From Stylophora pistillata (lineage: Eukaryota): 64,000 nt of DNA. The translations under genes and the position numbers were made by a program. The stretch spans positions 62,307 through 126,306 of the forward strand of contig NW_019217993.1 in NCBI RefSeq assembly GCF_002571385.2, in the 5' to 3' direction. Shown here in pieces: positions 1 to 12,900 of this stretch; the stretch's first letter is position 1; each line of letters starts with the position of its first letter. Under the pieces are notes generated by a model, which was given only the letters and a program-made list of their open reading frames with translations, had not been told where the DNA came from and made no database searches.

Positions 1-200
1 AAAAACAAAAACGGAACACGTAAAAGCATGAATAATCCGACTGAATAAGAGTAGTTCGTTTGCGCTGATGTTTAATAGTGCTACAATGAAAAGTTACCAA
101 ATTTTAATTGTTTTCGTATAACGCCCCAGACTAAGAAACATCTTTTGCCTCTTAATTTTCCTATGTTCTTGTGCAATTGAGTGCCCTCGTCTGAAAACCT

Positions 201-316
201 TAAGGGACTAGTCCCTGCTACCGGTCCCCTCGTGTAAACTCTTCAAAGACTTGTCGCCGGGACTAGTCGCACGGACTGGTCGCAGGGACTAGTCCCCTCG
301 TGTGTGCCGACCTTAA
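201..316. mobile_element. MITE-like repeat remnant with repeated palindromic GGGACTAGTCCC motifs
   Basis: Several GGGACTAGTCCC/GGACTAGTCGC palindromes; ends ...CGTGTGTGCCGACCTTAA, which resembles (from memory) a TIR end of a common coral repeat. Confidence 0.5.
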
Positions 317-1476
317 TGACTTTTCACTTATTTCGATACGTACTCCATCTGCATCTTTACAAAATGTTCCGACAAGTTGCCAGGTTTCTGAAGTCATTTT
401 CTGTCTTAAATCAATCTCGTCTTTACTCAAACAGCCGCACCTGGCAATACAAACTAACGCTGTTTTGTTAAGCAAATCTTATCATCTGGTCCGTACGAAG
501 CTGCGAAAAATTAACATAACAGGTTCTCTCTATTCTTTGAATTAAATAAAAATCAAATGATCACAAAATGTGTCTTTGTAGGCTTTTGCTTGTAGCGTGC
601 TACAGATAACATTGATATCTCGATTAGGCTGCAAACTGTCAGCGCTCGTTGAAAACGCAGATGTTTTATTCTTAATTTATTCATCACTTCAAATATTGTA
701 TCAACGTAAACAAAGCGTCAAGTCTTGTTTTTCTCGCCGTTCTTAAACTACTCGAAAAGTTGACAGATTTCATAGGCCACACCTCGGTTTGTGATACCGC
801 TGACACGGGCTCGCCCTGCTCGGATCCTGGCAGAATTGAAGGACATGTACATGTGGTGTCATATGTGCAATACTGAAGGGCGTATTAACCTTGCAGTCAA
901 TACCGCACACCTTTGACACGATGACTTCACATCATCAGGTTACACTAGCACTGCATAGAGTCCGCAAAACGTACAGCAGGACAGATAGCCCACTGAAATC
1001 AACCGGCAAGTAAAGAATTCTATTCAGAACGTTTTTACTGAAGGAAGAAAGTCTTTTCGTCTCAAACCGACCCTCTGAAAAAAGCTCCCTGCCGGCAAAC
1101 TCGCTCAACCAAGTCAATTTGCAGCTCCGATTAAAACCAAGACGCAAAGAATATAAGACAGACCACTACTTTCTCAGGTAAGGGTTCTGCTGTTAATTTC
1201 CAATATCTCCATTTTATTAAGAAAAATTTAAGAGCTAAGTTATTCTTGAGGATAATTCCATAGCAGGTGAGAGATTCATTACCTTGAAATTTTGCAAACA
1301 GGTAGATTATACAGAAATGTCCGGCCGCGTACTCAAAAATACAATTCGCTTCCCAAACTAGTGATGATTCTACGGAATTACTACGTCTTAACATTCCAGT
1401 ATTTTATATTTTTACTTTCAGGAGGAAATTTGGAGAAGATTGTTTGTCTATAACCAAGCCATTTAAGCCGGTTACC

Positions 1477-4400
1477 ATGGGAACTACAATGAGTTCAGTG
1501 GGCTTGGCGAATAAGCCACCCGCATTACCACCGGTAAAACAAAATAATAGCACTGCGGTAAGTGGCTATCTTTTCCTGGCCGAGACATTTTCCATTTTTA
1601 TACAAACGTTAAAAAGAAGGAAATAAACTCGACGCTGGGTCTGATAATTAAATTTATTTGCTATTGATTCATTTATATCTTGTCAGTTAAGGTTTATACA
1701 AACTTCCTGTGTGTTGTCTTGGTGTTTGCCAAACGAAAATGGACGTTGTTGGCAACCGATGAACAATTTGTGAATCGAATCGAATATTAGGAAGGGTAAT
1801 ATTCTTGCTGATCTAATAGTGCGATATTTTGAGTTCTTATTTTCATGAAAATGACATACATTGATTTTTTTTTTCTATCCACCGCTCAGCACCAGAATTT
1901 GGTTGTCAGATCGTGCCAAATAGAAACTGGAACTAGACCAAAACAATTATATTTCGACACTTCCTCACATAAATTGATTTTACTGCTTGTAATCCTCCGA
2001 AAGGAAGATTCAAGTTGAGTTTGTTCTATTCAATGTTACGTGAAGATCATAAAATTACGAGCCAAACTTTAGGATTGTGTAATTTGAAGTAACCAAAAAA
2101 TGTCTATGGGCGCGTCTTCTAGCCACAAATTACGGCTCAGTTAATCTTCAGTGCCTATCTCGTGTAATTACTCGTTGAAATATCTCTTTGCATCTATTCT
2201 GACAATCCATAGAAACGTGTCTTTTATACTATTTGTACGTTTTGTTTGTTACTCAATGTTTGTTTCGAGTTGTGTGTTTCAGCCTTGTGTATTCTCAATT
2301 TGTGACTGACCGACAAAGACGAAAAGACAAAGTGAAGATAGAGTCCATCAGTGTGTTGTGAACATTTGTGTAACATGACTCGTATACGCCATTAGTTAGT
2401 AATATTGTTGTTCGTGTGATGTATCCGTGAGACAGGTAAGTCAGCCATGTCGGCTTTAATATTGATATCAGATTGACATCACAGATAACAAGTTCAAATT
2501 CTTCTTCTTTCTTGAAAATCATGTGATTAATTTAATCACTGTTTTCCTTTTCTCATTTCATCTTAATTCATTTGTTTGTGCTCTCCTGTATTTGGAGTTG
2601 TAACAATCTTTGATGAAATGTGCATGTGTTATGTATGTCGAAATAACGTGTAGTATAACATGAGTTTACAATCATCAACTAAAAGCTTCGATGAAAAACC
2701 TTGTATTGTAACACCTCCTTCGGAATTCCAACCAAGAACTCTCTGGAGTGATGTAGGATTAAATTGCAGAGAAATATTTTCGAATGGAGGCTGGGTTTTT
2801 GATGCACGATACAAAAGGGACCTTAAGCAACCACGACGACGAAAGGCAACGAGGACGTGGAAAAACAAGAGATCTAATTGGTAGAACAATAGCCCAGCAC
2901 GTGCATTTTTGAAACTTTGTACATTTCTTAGCCGTCCTATGCAAAACAACAACGTGAAATCGCCAAAACTTGCGTCGTCTGCGAACCGAAACCGCGACGG
3001 CAAATTATTTTAATTTCCATTTGGAACTCAACGCTGCTTTTATACGTCATGCTGAAGTTGAGCTGTGGCGTCGTATGAGACAGTAAGCTCATGCAGCCAT
3101 TTTTAAAATTCTAACTAATTACTGGGCTGGGTTATTGAAAGCTGGGTTGGAAGCTTTAAAAGAAAATTCAGCACAATTTAATTTGTCTACAATTTGATTC
3201 TTGGATCTTCTAAAAAGAATAAAGAATATTATCCCAAAAAGGCTTTTTGTAAAAAGGAATAAAGAACTCCGGATTAAAATTTAACCTTGGGCTAGCGCCA
3301 ATCGCCCTTCGAACAACTGGGCCCTGGGGTGTAAAAGCCAAACGCCACGCCCAATTCGCCACTGAGACATTTTGTAACAAATTTAACTCTTGGAGTGAGG
3401 GGTATAATAATCCTTGATTGGCAATTTTCTTGACGGTATATATTAGTATCATCTTCTAAAGGTGCTTTAGTTTTGTATCATTTGACAAAGTCGATACTTG
3501 TTTTAAGAACAAATTAAGTTTGACAACTAACGTTTCCATAGGTGATCGCCACCGTGCAATCTCCACCGGACTACAAGTTTGAACACTTTACCAAACTTTG
3601 TCAGCATTATCAAGAACAAAAGAAAATATTACAGGTGTGAATAATTTCGCTTACAGTCTTGTAAAACTGCCAAATTGTAATTGTAATATTTGAATAAAAT
3701 ATGACATTTTTCAATTTGGAAAATTAACTTTGTGACTAATTTATTCTGCATTTTATCAACGAATAAAAGTTTTGCTTGTAAAAGTAATTGAGAGAGGTTT
3801 ATAGACCACTGCTATGCGCCTTTGAATTAAAGTCGTAATATTTTTGCAACTTTTGAAATACGAGGTACTTCAGTCCCTGATCCAAACTGTAAAATAACTT
3901 TTTTGAAAGGATTTTTTTATCACTTTAATGTCTATTACCAGTAAAGGCAGATTTTGTCCTACATGTAGGTGCAAATTCGGACAGAGGTTCATAATTGGCA
4001 AAAGGTGGCAAAGAACGGTGATGAAGGGATTGAATGTCGGGAAAAGATCCTGGGCTTCCTCAGTCAGTTTCGCGAGGCACAGAAACAACAAGACGTGTTA
4101 ATCGAGAAAGAGAAGTTACGGTTGGATGCGTTTAGAAACTGTATCAATGAAGAAACCACCAACCGGATAAAAAAACGATTGACATTCTTCCAGAAGCTAA
4201 ACAAACAACACGAGGCATTGTTGGAGCATATACGACAGGATATTCAAGAATGTAGAATGATTTGTAAAAGATTTAATGATTCAAGTGGAAGGTAAGTTCT
4301 TTGTTTTTAAGCGAACGCTTTTATAAGTTTGGGTGGCTTCTTATCTAAACATTTTCGTGATGGGAAAATCAGCAAAAATATCCCAGGTAACTAAGAAATA

Positions 4401-5019
4401 CAAGTTTTTCTTCGGTTTCATGGCCAGCGAGTTTTAAAACGGAAAATTCATAGAGTGCCTCTAAAGCTCAAGTTTTTCTCAGTGAAATGCCAACAATAAT
4501 AGAGAGAGTTTTGATCCTCTATCGCTGTTTGTTAAATTTATAAACACAAGTAAAAAATGTGTGCTTTGTAGAATATGATTTAAAAAGAACATTTTTTCCT
4601 TGAAAATGTACATGGCAAGAAACTGGCCATATTTATAGCCTGGGGGAGGAGGGGCGGAGAGCTTCGGTTGTGTCAGAATAACATGTACCTGTTCCCCACT
4701 GGGGCTCTGTAGTATTCTGATGATTCCCCCCTCCCCCCCTTCCATTGGCAGTCAATTTTCCATATTCCCCTCTTTATACTCTGTTAGCGACGACTGATCC
4801 CCCTCCGTCCCCCCTGTAAACCGTGAGATCCTCTCAAAGTCCTCCCCCCCCACCTCCCTGCCTTAGGCGATGGAAAATGACAGGTCCCTAAATGATGACC
4901 TGATACTTTACATAAACTGACTTGATTTTTAATGTCTTCAAAGGTCTAAAGGTTTTGAGACTTGGATAAAATGTCCAGCAAGCCCAGCTTACGACTACGG
5001 TAGTATTGGAAGCTTATGA
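1477..5019 (+). CDS. Uncharacterised small coiled-coil protein, about 190 aa, 4 coding exons
   Basis: Exons 1477-1557 (ATG in ACCATGG context; acceptor at 1421), 3542-3634, 3969-4291, 4944-5019. All junctions are AG/GT with matching phases (0,0,2); total 573 nt. An upstream exon ending at 1177 (AG|GTAAG) is phase-compatible, so the N-terminus could be longer. No family recognised. Confidence 0.6.
2815..3100. repeat. Interspersed repeat (AGGGACCTTAAGCAAC.ACGACG family)
   Basis: GC-richer block inside an AT-rich intron; resembles (from memory) an abundant anthozoan interspersed repeat; explains spurious ORFs at 2629-3003. Confidence 0.45.
3121..3328. mobile_element. MITE-like element with degenerate terminal inverted repeats
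   Basis: Left end CTGGGCTGGGTTATTGAAAG versus reverse complement of right end CAGGGCCCAGTTGTTCGAAG; AT-rich interior. Confidence 0.45.
4615..4890. mobile_element. MITE-like element (AGGGACC.GTCATT..T.ATCGCCT TIR family)
   Basis: Right end GGCGATGGAAAATGACAGGTCCCTA; degenerate left end ATATTTATAGCCTGGGGG; poly-C/G tracts; related to 6581-6800. Confidence 0.45.
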
Positions 5020-6580
5020 GGTGAGATATGTGATTCACGACAAGAGAATTCAAATACTCTATATAAAAGTTTTAAACATGGCTCACCGCCGAAAGAGTGA
5101 TTTTTCGAAAAAGGAATCACAACAAAAAATGTGTGGTGTTCTTTCACTTTCAATAGGATGTATTTATAACTTTAGGGTAGTTCTGAGGTGAGAACATGAT
5201 TTTGAATTAAACCCTTGAAACCCTCCATGACCATGTTTTGAAACAGAAAAACTTACAGCACCAATCATTCATATACCATGCAAATGTCAATGTCTGCTTT
5301 TAAGTTGTTTCAGGGTCACCCCCAAAAGGGGTTTTATGTATAAAGGTAACCTTAGCATTGCCCTTTACATCCATCATTTGATTTGTCTGGTTGTTTTTTC
5401 TTCCCAACGTCTTTGAAGGTAGAAACATATTCTATTATCTCGTGGTTCTTCAGTCTACTGGTCAATGAAATGGACAAGCGAGAAATCACCAGGGTCAGAT
5501 TCTCCCTTTGATCAGGAGTAAAGGATGGATCAGCTCAAAATCAACTGAAGCAAAGCCGCCGAAGGGTTTATGAGACCATTACAACAGCATCACAATGGAA
5601 ATAAAGTTAATTACTTGCCACCATAGTGATAGATCCAGTTGGAGCAACTATCCACGGAATGTTACCCCTACTTTATAGCAATAAAGATTATCTCATTCGT
5701 ATTGTGTTGTTTCCACCTTCTTTCCATATCATGTAAGACACTTCAAGGCGACTTTTTATTTTTATACTCTCTTGTCATAAATGTAAAAAGCGTTTCGCGC
5801 AGAGGCGTTCCGGCTCTATATAGTACAAATGATCCAATAGATAACTTTTTAATGGACACCTTCTTGATTATAAGTTATGATAACTGTTATATAGGAAAAT
5901 ATTTTTTACTTTCATTTACTTTTAATTAAACTCTACCTTTTCCCAAGCTACGTGTACCAAACATTGCACTTGAAAATACTTTCAAAAGCGCCAATGGGCC
6001 TTAAACCTACTTCTTATATTAAGAGAGAGTTTTTACTGAGGTTTAAATTTCATGCTGGAGAACTCTGTCTTTGCTGTTGATCAGTATAGAAAACTAGCGC
6101 TACCCTCTCAACTAATCTTGGTGACACGCGTTTTTCCGCAATTTAGAGAGTTTGCTTATTTTACTTTCAGTTTTTATTGGTGTTCACCCACGTTTTTAAC
6201 AGCCGTTGTGACCTCCCTTATTTTTGGTTTTACAAAACTGAATAAAAAGCTCGAAAATAATGGTTAAAATTAAATAAGACCTAAATTGGACTCAACGGGA
6301 GTCTCGACATTGATGTTGAGACTCATTCAGTTTTTCCCTGATCGAAACGAATGCGATATCAATAGCAGAAACCAACCACTAGTGACAGTTTTTTCACAGG
6401 AAATAAGCCTCCCATTACTCCAATGTTCTTTATTCATCTGCAAACTAAACTATACAATGACAGTTTCAGAAAAACTACTGTAGTTAACTGTGTTTTACCG
6501 GTGGATATTAGTATTAACGAGTTTATCGTAAGAGTTAGCCACTCCTGTTCATGAAACTAAATCAGGCACTAAGAACTATC

Positions 6581-6800
6581 TGAGGGACCAGTCGTTATCT
6601 ATCGCCTGGGCGTGGGGAGGGGGGGGTAAAACACTTTAGGGGGGTCACATCGAAGGAAAACGGAAGGGGGGAGTTGGTTAATCGTCGTTACCAGAGTCTA
6701 AAGAAGGACTTTAGAGAATTGACCGCCAATGAGGAAGATCATTAGAATACTAACCCTAAGTGACTCCCCCCGGGGGGCGATAAATAAAGACCGATCTTCA
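6581..6800. mobile_element. MITE-like element, same family as 4615-4890, opposite orientation
   Basis: Starts AGGGACCAGTCGTTATCTATCGCCTGGG and ends GGGGCGATAAATAAAGACCG (inverted termini). Confidence 0.45.
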
Positions 6801-6932
6801 GGAGAAATCTTTTCTAAAAGAAAGACTGCAGCGTACTTAGTTCTTAAAATATCTAAGTCTTACCCATGTACGTTCGTAAAGGGGAATCTTTCCCCCCCCC
6901 CCTTTCCTACTCTCCGTTGAGAACGCTTCTCT

Positions 6933-9900
6933 CTAATCTTTGTTCTTCTTCCCATTCCCATTTTTTCTGTTTGTCTTCCGTTTTATCCAGCGCAAATGAC
7001 TTTTCAGTCGCGTATACACACCGTATTTTCCTTTCGTGGCACACCCATCTCCCCAGCTCGATAAACCAATCACCGCCCAGCTGTCATCGAGGGAACGTCT
7101 GAGCTGTAAAAGGAAAAAGTTTTAATGAAGCGACTCCGAAAATCACTGGGGGCAAAGAGAACACATCAGTGAAAAAAGATTTACCTCTTGTAGACAATTG
7201 TTATCACTTTGCCGTGCATCGGGGTGCGTTTTGCTTGCCAAAATAGAGATTTAACAAACCACAGTGGTTTAGCGTGGTCTGAACCCCTATCGACAACGAT
7301 ATTCGTCACCACAGTGATCGAAATGTTGAGGACTCATGAGGCGCAGCAGTTTTCTGCCACAATATCGACGTCAAATACTACAATTCTTTCAGTGCATGAC
7401 CATTGCGTGACACATTGACGCGAGCAACGTTGTCTGTACTCTCATCCACAAAAGCAAATTGGCCAATCAGATTGCGACATTGCTGTCAATTGTTGCAAAA
7501 TTGTCTTTTAGCCCGTTTGCACGCTCCCGTAATTTTTCAAACTGTTATTGTTGTTTTGTTCAGTTTATATTTTCTCAATTCCCTCCTAAGTGATGATATA
7601 AGTAAAAGAGTTTATGTTCTTGGGCATCAATGTGTTTGGGCCCTTATCTCAGAGTAATTTTGATCCTCGTCATTTCAGTCTCACTCAGTCTGACCCAAAC
7701 ATTAGGCAACGGTCATACAGCAAAAACGTAGATAAAAAAAACTCGTAATGTGCATTCAATTGTCAGTAAGAAGGTCTAAAAGAAGAAGCAAAATATATAT
7801 TTATATATATAATTTCCCGTCACGGTCCTTTTTCGCTTACCACAAGAGGCGAACCACTGTCCCCTTTGCATGCATCTTTCTTTCCTGAAGCATCACCAGC
7901 ACAGACAACGTTTTCTGTTATTGCTACAGCATTGGTGGCATTTTCACGGCAATCGCGCTGGGATACGAATTTTATTTGAATTTGTTGCAGGACTTCATTC
8001 GGTGGGCCTGCTAAATCATCCGGCGAAACCTGCAAAGAAAGGTTGGTTTAACAGGTTATGATTTTTTTCCAGGAAAATGGTCAGTCCGCTAGGCTACGAG
8101 TCAACGATTTCATCACCAAACCATTGCCACATTCATGTTGGGCTCTTCAGTGAGACATTCTGTTTTCACAGCGCCTCTCTATAATGATTATTTTATAGAA
8201 GTAATTGCATCGTAATTTACCTTTCTACACTCTCTTGGATAGAATTTTCGCCTTTGAAACGATGTTCTAAAAAGTGATAGGTGAAGTCCTGTCACGACTT
8301 CTAATACCGGGCAAGCGAAAAAGTTTCTTTTGTATAGTAACAAGGGATATGTTCCCTGTTTGCGAGGCTCTCTTTTTGTCTCAAATTTCTCGAGCATTTC
8401 TAGATCATTGGTTTGTCAGTGCTGACTGAAGATGCCGAAACTCCGACTTAAGCTGAATGTAACAAGGAGAGGAAAAACATTAGAGTGCACATTAACAGAG
8501 CATTCGGAGAGGGGTAACTCGTACTAACCTTTTGAGAAGATCCCCAACCGGCCACCACGCACGGTTTTTTTGGTCTGACGTAGAACACGTCCGTGGGTTC
8601 CGGGAGACACACAGTTCTTACCAACGGTGAGAATTTCACTGGGTGCTTAAGGCGAATCAAAGCTAAGTCATCTCCTACGTGTAAGTTCCCCCGGGTCGCA
8701 TTGGGATGCAAGATAAGCTTCTTTGCTCTAATATTCTGCTCAGCACCTTCTTCTTTGAATCGGTTGTGTTCTCCTAAAGGGTTAAAATCGTAAGTCGTTA
8801 GTTATTCTGTTTACATAATAAAACATGATAAAATAGGACGATAAAAAAGGGAACATGATGCCCTATGATGTCCATTGACAGAATTTTCTATTGAATCAAC
8901 TGAGAATTCCCTCTGATGACATTTTTTCCTTTATTCTCATTACTTGTCTGCTTGATATTGTATTGATATTGTGAGGAGAAATTCTGTTTTGTTCAGCCAT
9001 GGGAATTAAAGGGTTAGTTGTGAGTTGAGCCAAAGATCCTTCTTCCTCGCCATTTGTGAGGCTGAATGGCTCATATTAAGGGTGCAATCGAGTCAAAATG
9101 GCAAACTGAAGCCAAAAAACATGCACCTAAAATAAGTCGTCAATGTGACGCTTTTCTACCAGCTTCCTACCAGTTGTTTCGGCCTTATTTAGTCTGCTCA
9201 GAATAATGTAGTCTACAAAATGGCAGCGAGGTTCTCACGGAGGAGAGACACTTTTGAAGAGATGCAAGCATAGTACACCAACGTACTCTAACATCTTTAA
9301 GTTACCATTTTTCTTATCATTTCATCGTTTTGTAATCATGGCCACATCAAGCGTGTTTTTAAATTACTCTGTATAATGGCCCAGATTTGACTTACCCATC
9401 CTTACGACAACATCTTTCGGTTTCACAGTCCCATCGTAGAAAAAGCAGTGCGCCACAGTTAGAACCCAGTTCCCTTTGATAAGTGCACCACCACACCGGA
9501 AATTACCCTTCACGTAGATAGCTGCTTGCCAAGGCCAGGCACCTGGCTTGGCCTCCCTTCCACCGACAAAGCGGAAGTTTTCATCATCGTCATTTCTCAG
9601 CTGAGTATCTCCTGCAATGCCACATTCACTGTAATCTGCTCACACACAAAAGATGAAAGAAAACCCAATAAAGTTTATGCCAATCAAATTAGGGATATCT
9701 TATTAAGTGTATTTTTTCAAACATATTCTAAAGTAAAATAAGGGACAACCAAGAGAAAGAAAGTTGTTTAAAATTCTTTTTAATCCACGACATAGCTTGG
9801 GCCAGTTTTAGGATGTTACTCGGTGTTTTTAAAACTCGTGATAGTTGGCCATTATGTTGTAGGGTGAGCATTCGTTTGAATCTATAATCTTTTGGTATTT

Positions 9901-12900
9901 TTCACCTAGAGACCGTACCGTTCGCAACACCAAAAGGCCACAAAGAAATCCAAGTTACCGACAAGTGAGCGAGGTACAGAATTTCCGATGAGCTATCAGG
10001 TCGTCAGGTCGATTGGCAAACAACTCGTGGAAATACTAGGTCTCCCATGACGGAAAAATTTGTCTCAGATGTTATTCGTACAAAATACATCTTAGACGCA
10101 AAAACAAACTTGCCGAAGGGTATAGCTCAAAGGGACCCTAAAGTGCTCCAAAATACAGGTAAGAAACTGATGTAGAACCCAGCAGAAGGTCCTGCTAAGG
10201 CTCTTTTGAACTGAACAAAGTACATGTAGTTATTCGATGGAATAATGAGAAATAAGAAAATGTACTTACCATTCCCTTTGGCACTGATCAGCTGTTTAAG
10301 CTTGGCAAAGTCATCAAAGTCCTTGAGAAGGTAGACATGCGTTCTGAAGGGTTCAGAAGCAATGCTGCGCAGTTCTTTTTCATCCACGCTGTCTGTTACG
10401 CCAATAGCGTAGATTTCAAACTTCTGGAAGTCACGTAGTATCACAGCATCTGCGCTGGGATCACCACCTATATTGGACCTGCCATCAGTTATGAGGAACA
10501 AAGCCCGCTTGCTGTCTTTTCGGGCTTCGGGAACGATTTCCTCAATGGTCTTATTCAACGCAAGGCGTGTAGCAGTACCACCGGCGATGAAGTCTAAGTT
10601 CTCTAAGGAAGAAAGAAAGTAAAGAGATAATAAGAGAACAAGATTGATTGTCATTCATCAAACCACGGCGAACAAGGAGAAATGGTATATTCCCTTGGAA
10701 ATGATTTGTAAAAGTTATCTTTTCATTAGTGCAGCGTGCGTCGTAGATACGTTTCCAATTGAATAAGAAATGAGTTTGTACCATCGCCGGCAGTACTTCT
10801 CTTCTCATTTTGCACGCATTCTACGAATAAGTGGATAATGTTGATCGGCCACACTCTCCGTAATACGGCTAGATCGAGCTGATTTAAGTCATTCCGTTGG
10901 GAGAACTGACGAGTTAGATGCGTGGCAAAGAAGGTTTCACAGGCCAGTTGTGACTAATGGTGCGATTTCCTGGTTCAACAAGTGGGGTGTGGCATCATGG
11001 CAGCGGGATGATATGTGATTAAAGCTCGTCGTGGCGAAACAACCAGGTTGTCTTTAGTCTGTCATCTCAACCATTCGTTCAGTTTTAGAGTAAAACTATT
11101 TTAACAGAGGGGACTTATGATCATAGTCTCCGAGAGGAGACAAACGAAAGTAACCAAAACGGCATTCATGTATATTTATCAACATTCATCGACGAAATTA
11201 TGTGTTTTACGTTTAAGTTTCTCAATATCAGTACAGTTTAACCTACCGAGAGTCCTTATAGCCTCTGTTTTGTTAGCCATTGCATTCGTTTTCAGATTAA
11301 AAATTACTTTAGCTGTCGAGCTAAATGTAACAACAGCAACTCTTGTTCCCATTTGAGATGCCGATATACCAAACTCTTCAATGATCGTTTTGGCGAATTC
11401 AACTCCTTTTTTAAAGTTCGCACTACCGACGCTTGCCGAGCTATCGAATATGAACACCAGATCGAGGCCTCCGGCTCCCGAGGACAACCCTGCTCTTGCC
11501 AAACTGTCGGTTGTCATCCAGCTCAGTTTGTCGATGAAGTGTTCACGGAGTCTATCTGCGACCCTTTTCAAACCTCTCAACGGATCTGTAAACAACGGAT
11601 CCATCGTTAAGGACACGATTTGCTATTCTTTTCGAAACTAATCAAATATAACTATTCAGCTGTCAATGGTTTTCTCTCGTATCTGCATGGATGAAGGGAT
11701 CAGTGATTGAGTGTATGAGTTTAAGAAACACCTCTTGATAAACCTTCCTTTGGCTGTACCTCTAAGTTTTAAGTGTGAAAACGAGGACTATGTTTCTTCA
11801 ATAATAACGTGCGATTTTATCTTAGCTTCAGCTTCTTATATGCTCGGATCCAATGCACGATTGACCGGTGAATAAAATGAGTTGAGATACTTCTTCTTGC
11901 GCTATTGCGCAAACAACTGCTCAATTAACGAGTATTTTGACTTCTTTCTAAGAAGACACTCACCATTTTTTTCGCACGTTGGAGTTGTTCCATTCCATCG
12001 TACTGTCCTGCATGAGCTGCACAACGGAACACATTGAAGTGAATTAAGACCAACAAGCTCATACCCGTCATCACAGGAAAAACGAACCTGAGTTCCCAGT
12101 AGAAACAAACTTCCGTCTCGGCGACCGTGTTCGGGAGAGCCTGGATCCTTACACTTTGCTCCTAAATAAGAAAGCAAGACGGTCATTTCAGTTTAATGAA
12201 TGTCGCATTTATAATCAACAACTGTACCCAACAGACTTACTCGCCATATCGGGTTAATTCTGAGGCAATCCCTCTCAGTTTATTTTTTGGCGCAAAGTAT
12301 TTGATCACCAAGGAATGAATTCGCATTCCCTTATTTGTCTCCTGAGTGTTAAGGCGGGGAAAGGATAAAAGTTTCATGGGATGTCCATGCAAGAAACATT
12401 GGATATTTCTTTTAACAAGTCCAGACGAGCAGTCACTTAAAACAGGTTATGAGGGATTTCAGTGGATTATATTGGACCTCTTTCTTGTTAGACTCTGCTC
12501 AAATTTACGGGTAGTGGCGTCACGTTCAAAATTTACAGGTACTTATTAATAATCTTGTGTGGAGAGAGACACGACAACTTAAGGGAATGACCCAATGTTT
12601 CGATCAGATTAGAACCCAAACCCCTTGTCTGAGGTACGACGTGCTAGCCGTAAAGGCACTGTGTCTCACTCTTTGATGAAGTGAATATGACATCATCATC
12701 CCCCTAATGTCGCCTTCAATCTGGTCCTTCGGCCCGCTATCCCTCAGACCACCACTACTCCTATAATCGATGTTACACATAGCCAATTTTTGATACGGCA
12801 ATAAACATCAAATGATCTAGTTACTTTTTATACATCTAGGAAGTTGTTTGGGTGACCAGTTTCTGTTGTTGGTACAAGTCACTGAAGCACTTCCTCTGAG

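Noticed and set aside
2629-3003. 124-aa and 74-aa ORFs as genes
   Set aside because: Overlap an interspersed repeat within an intron; no splice or domain support
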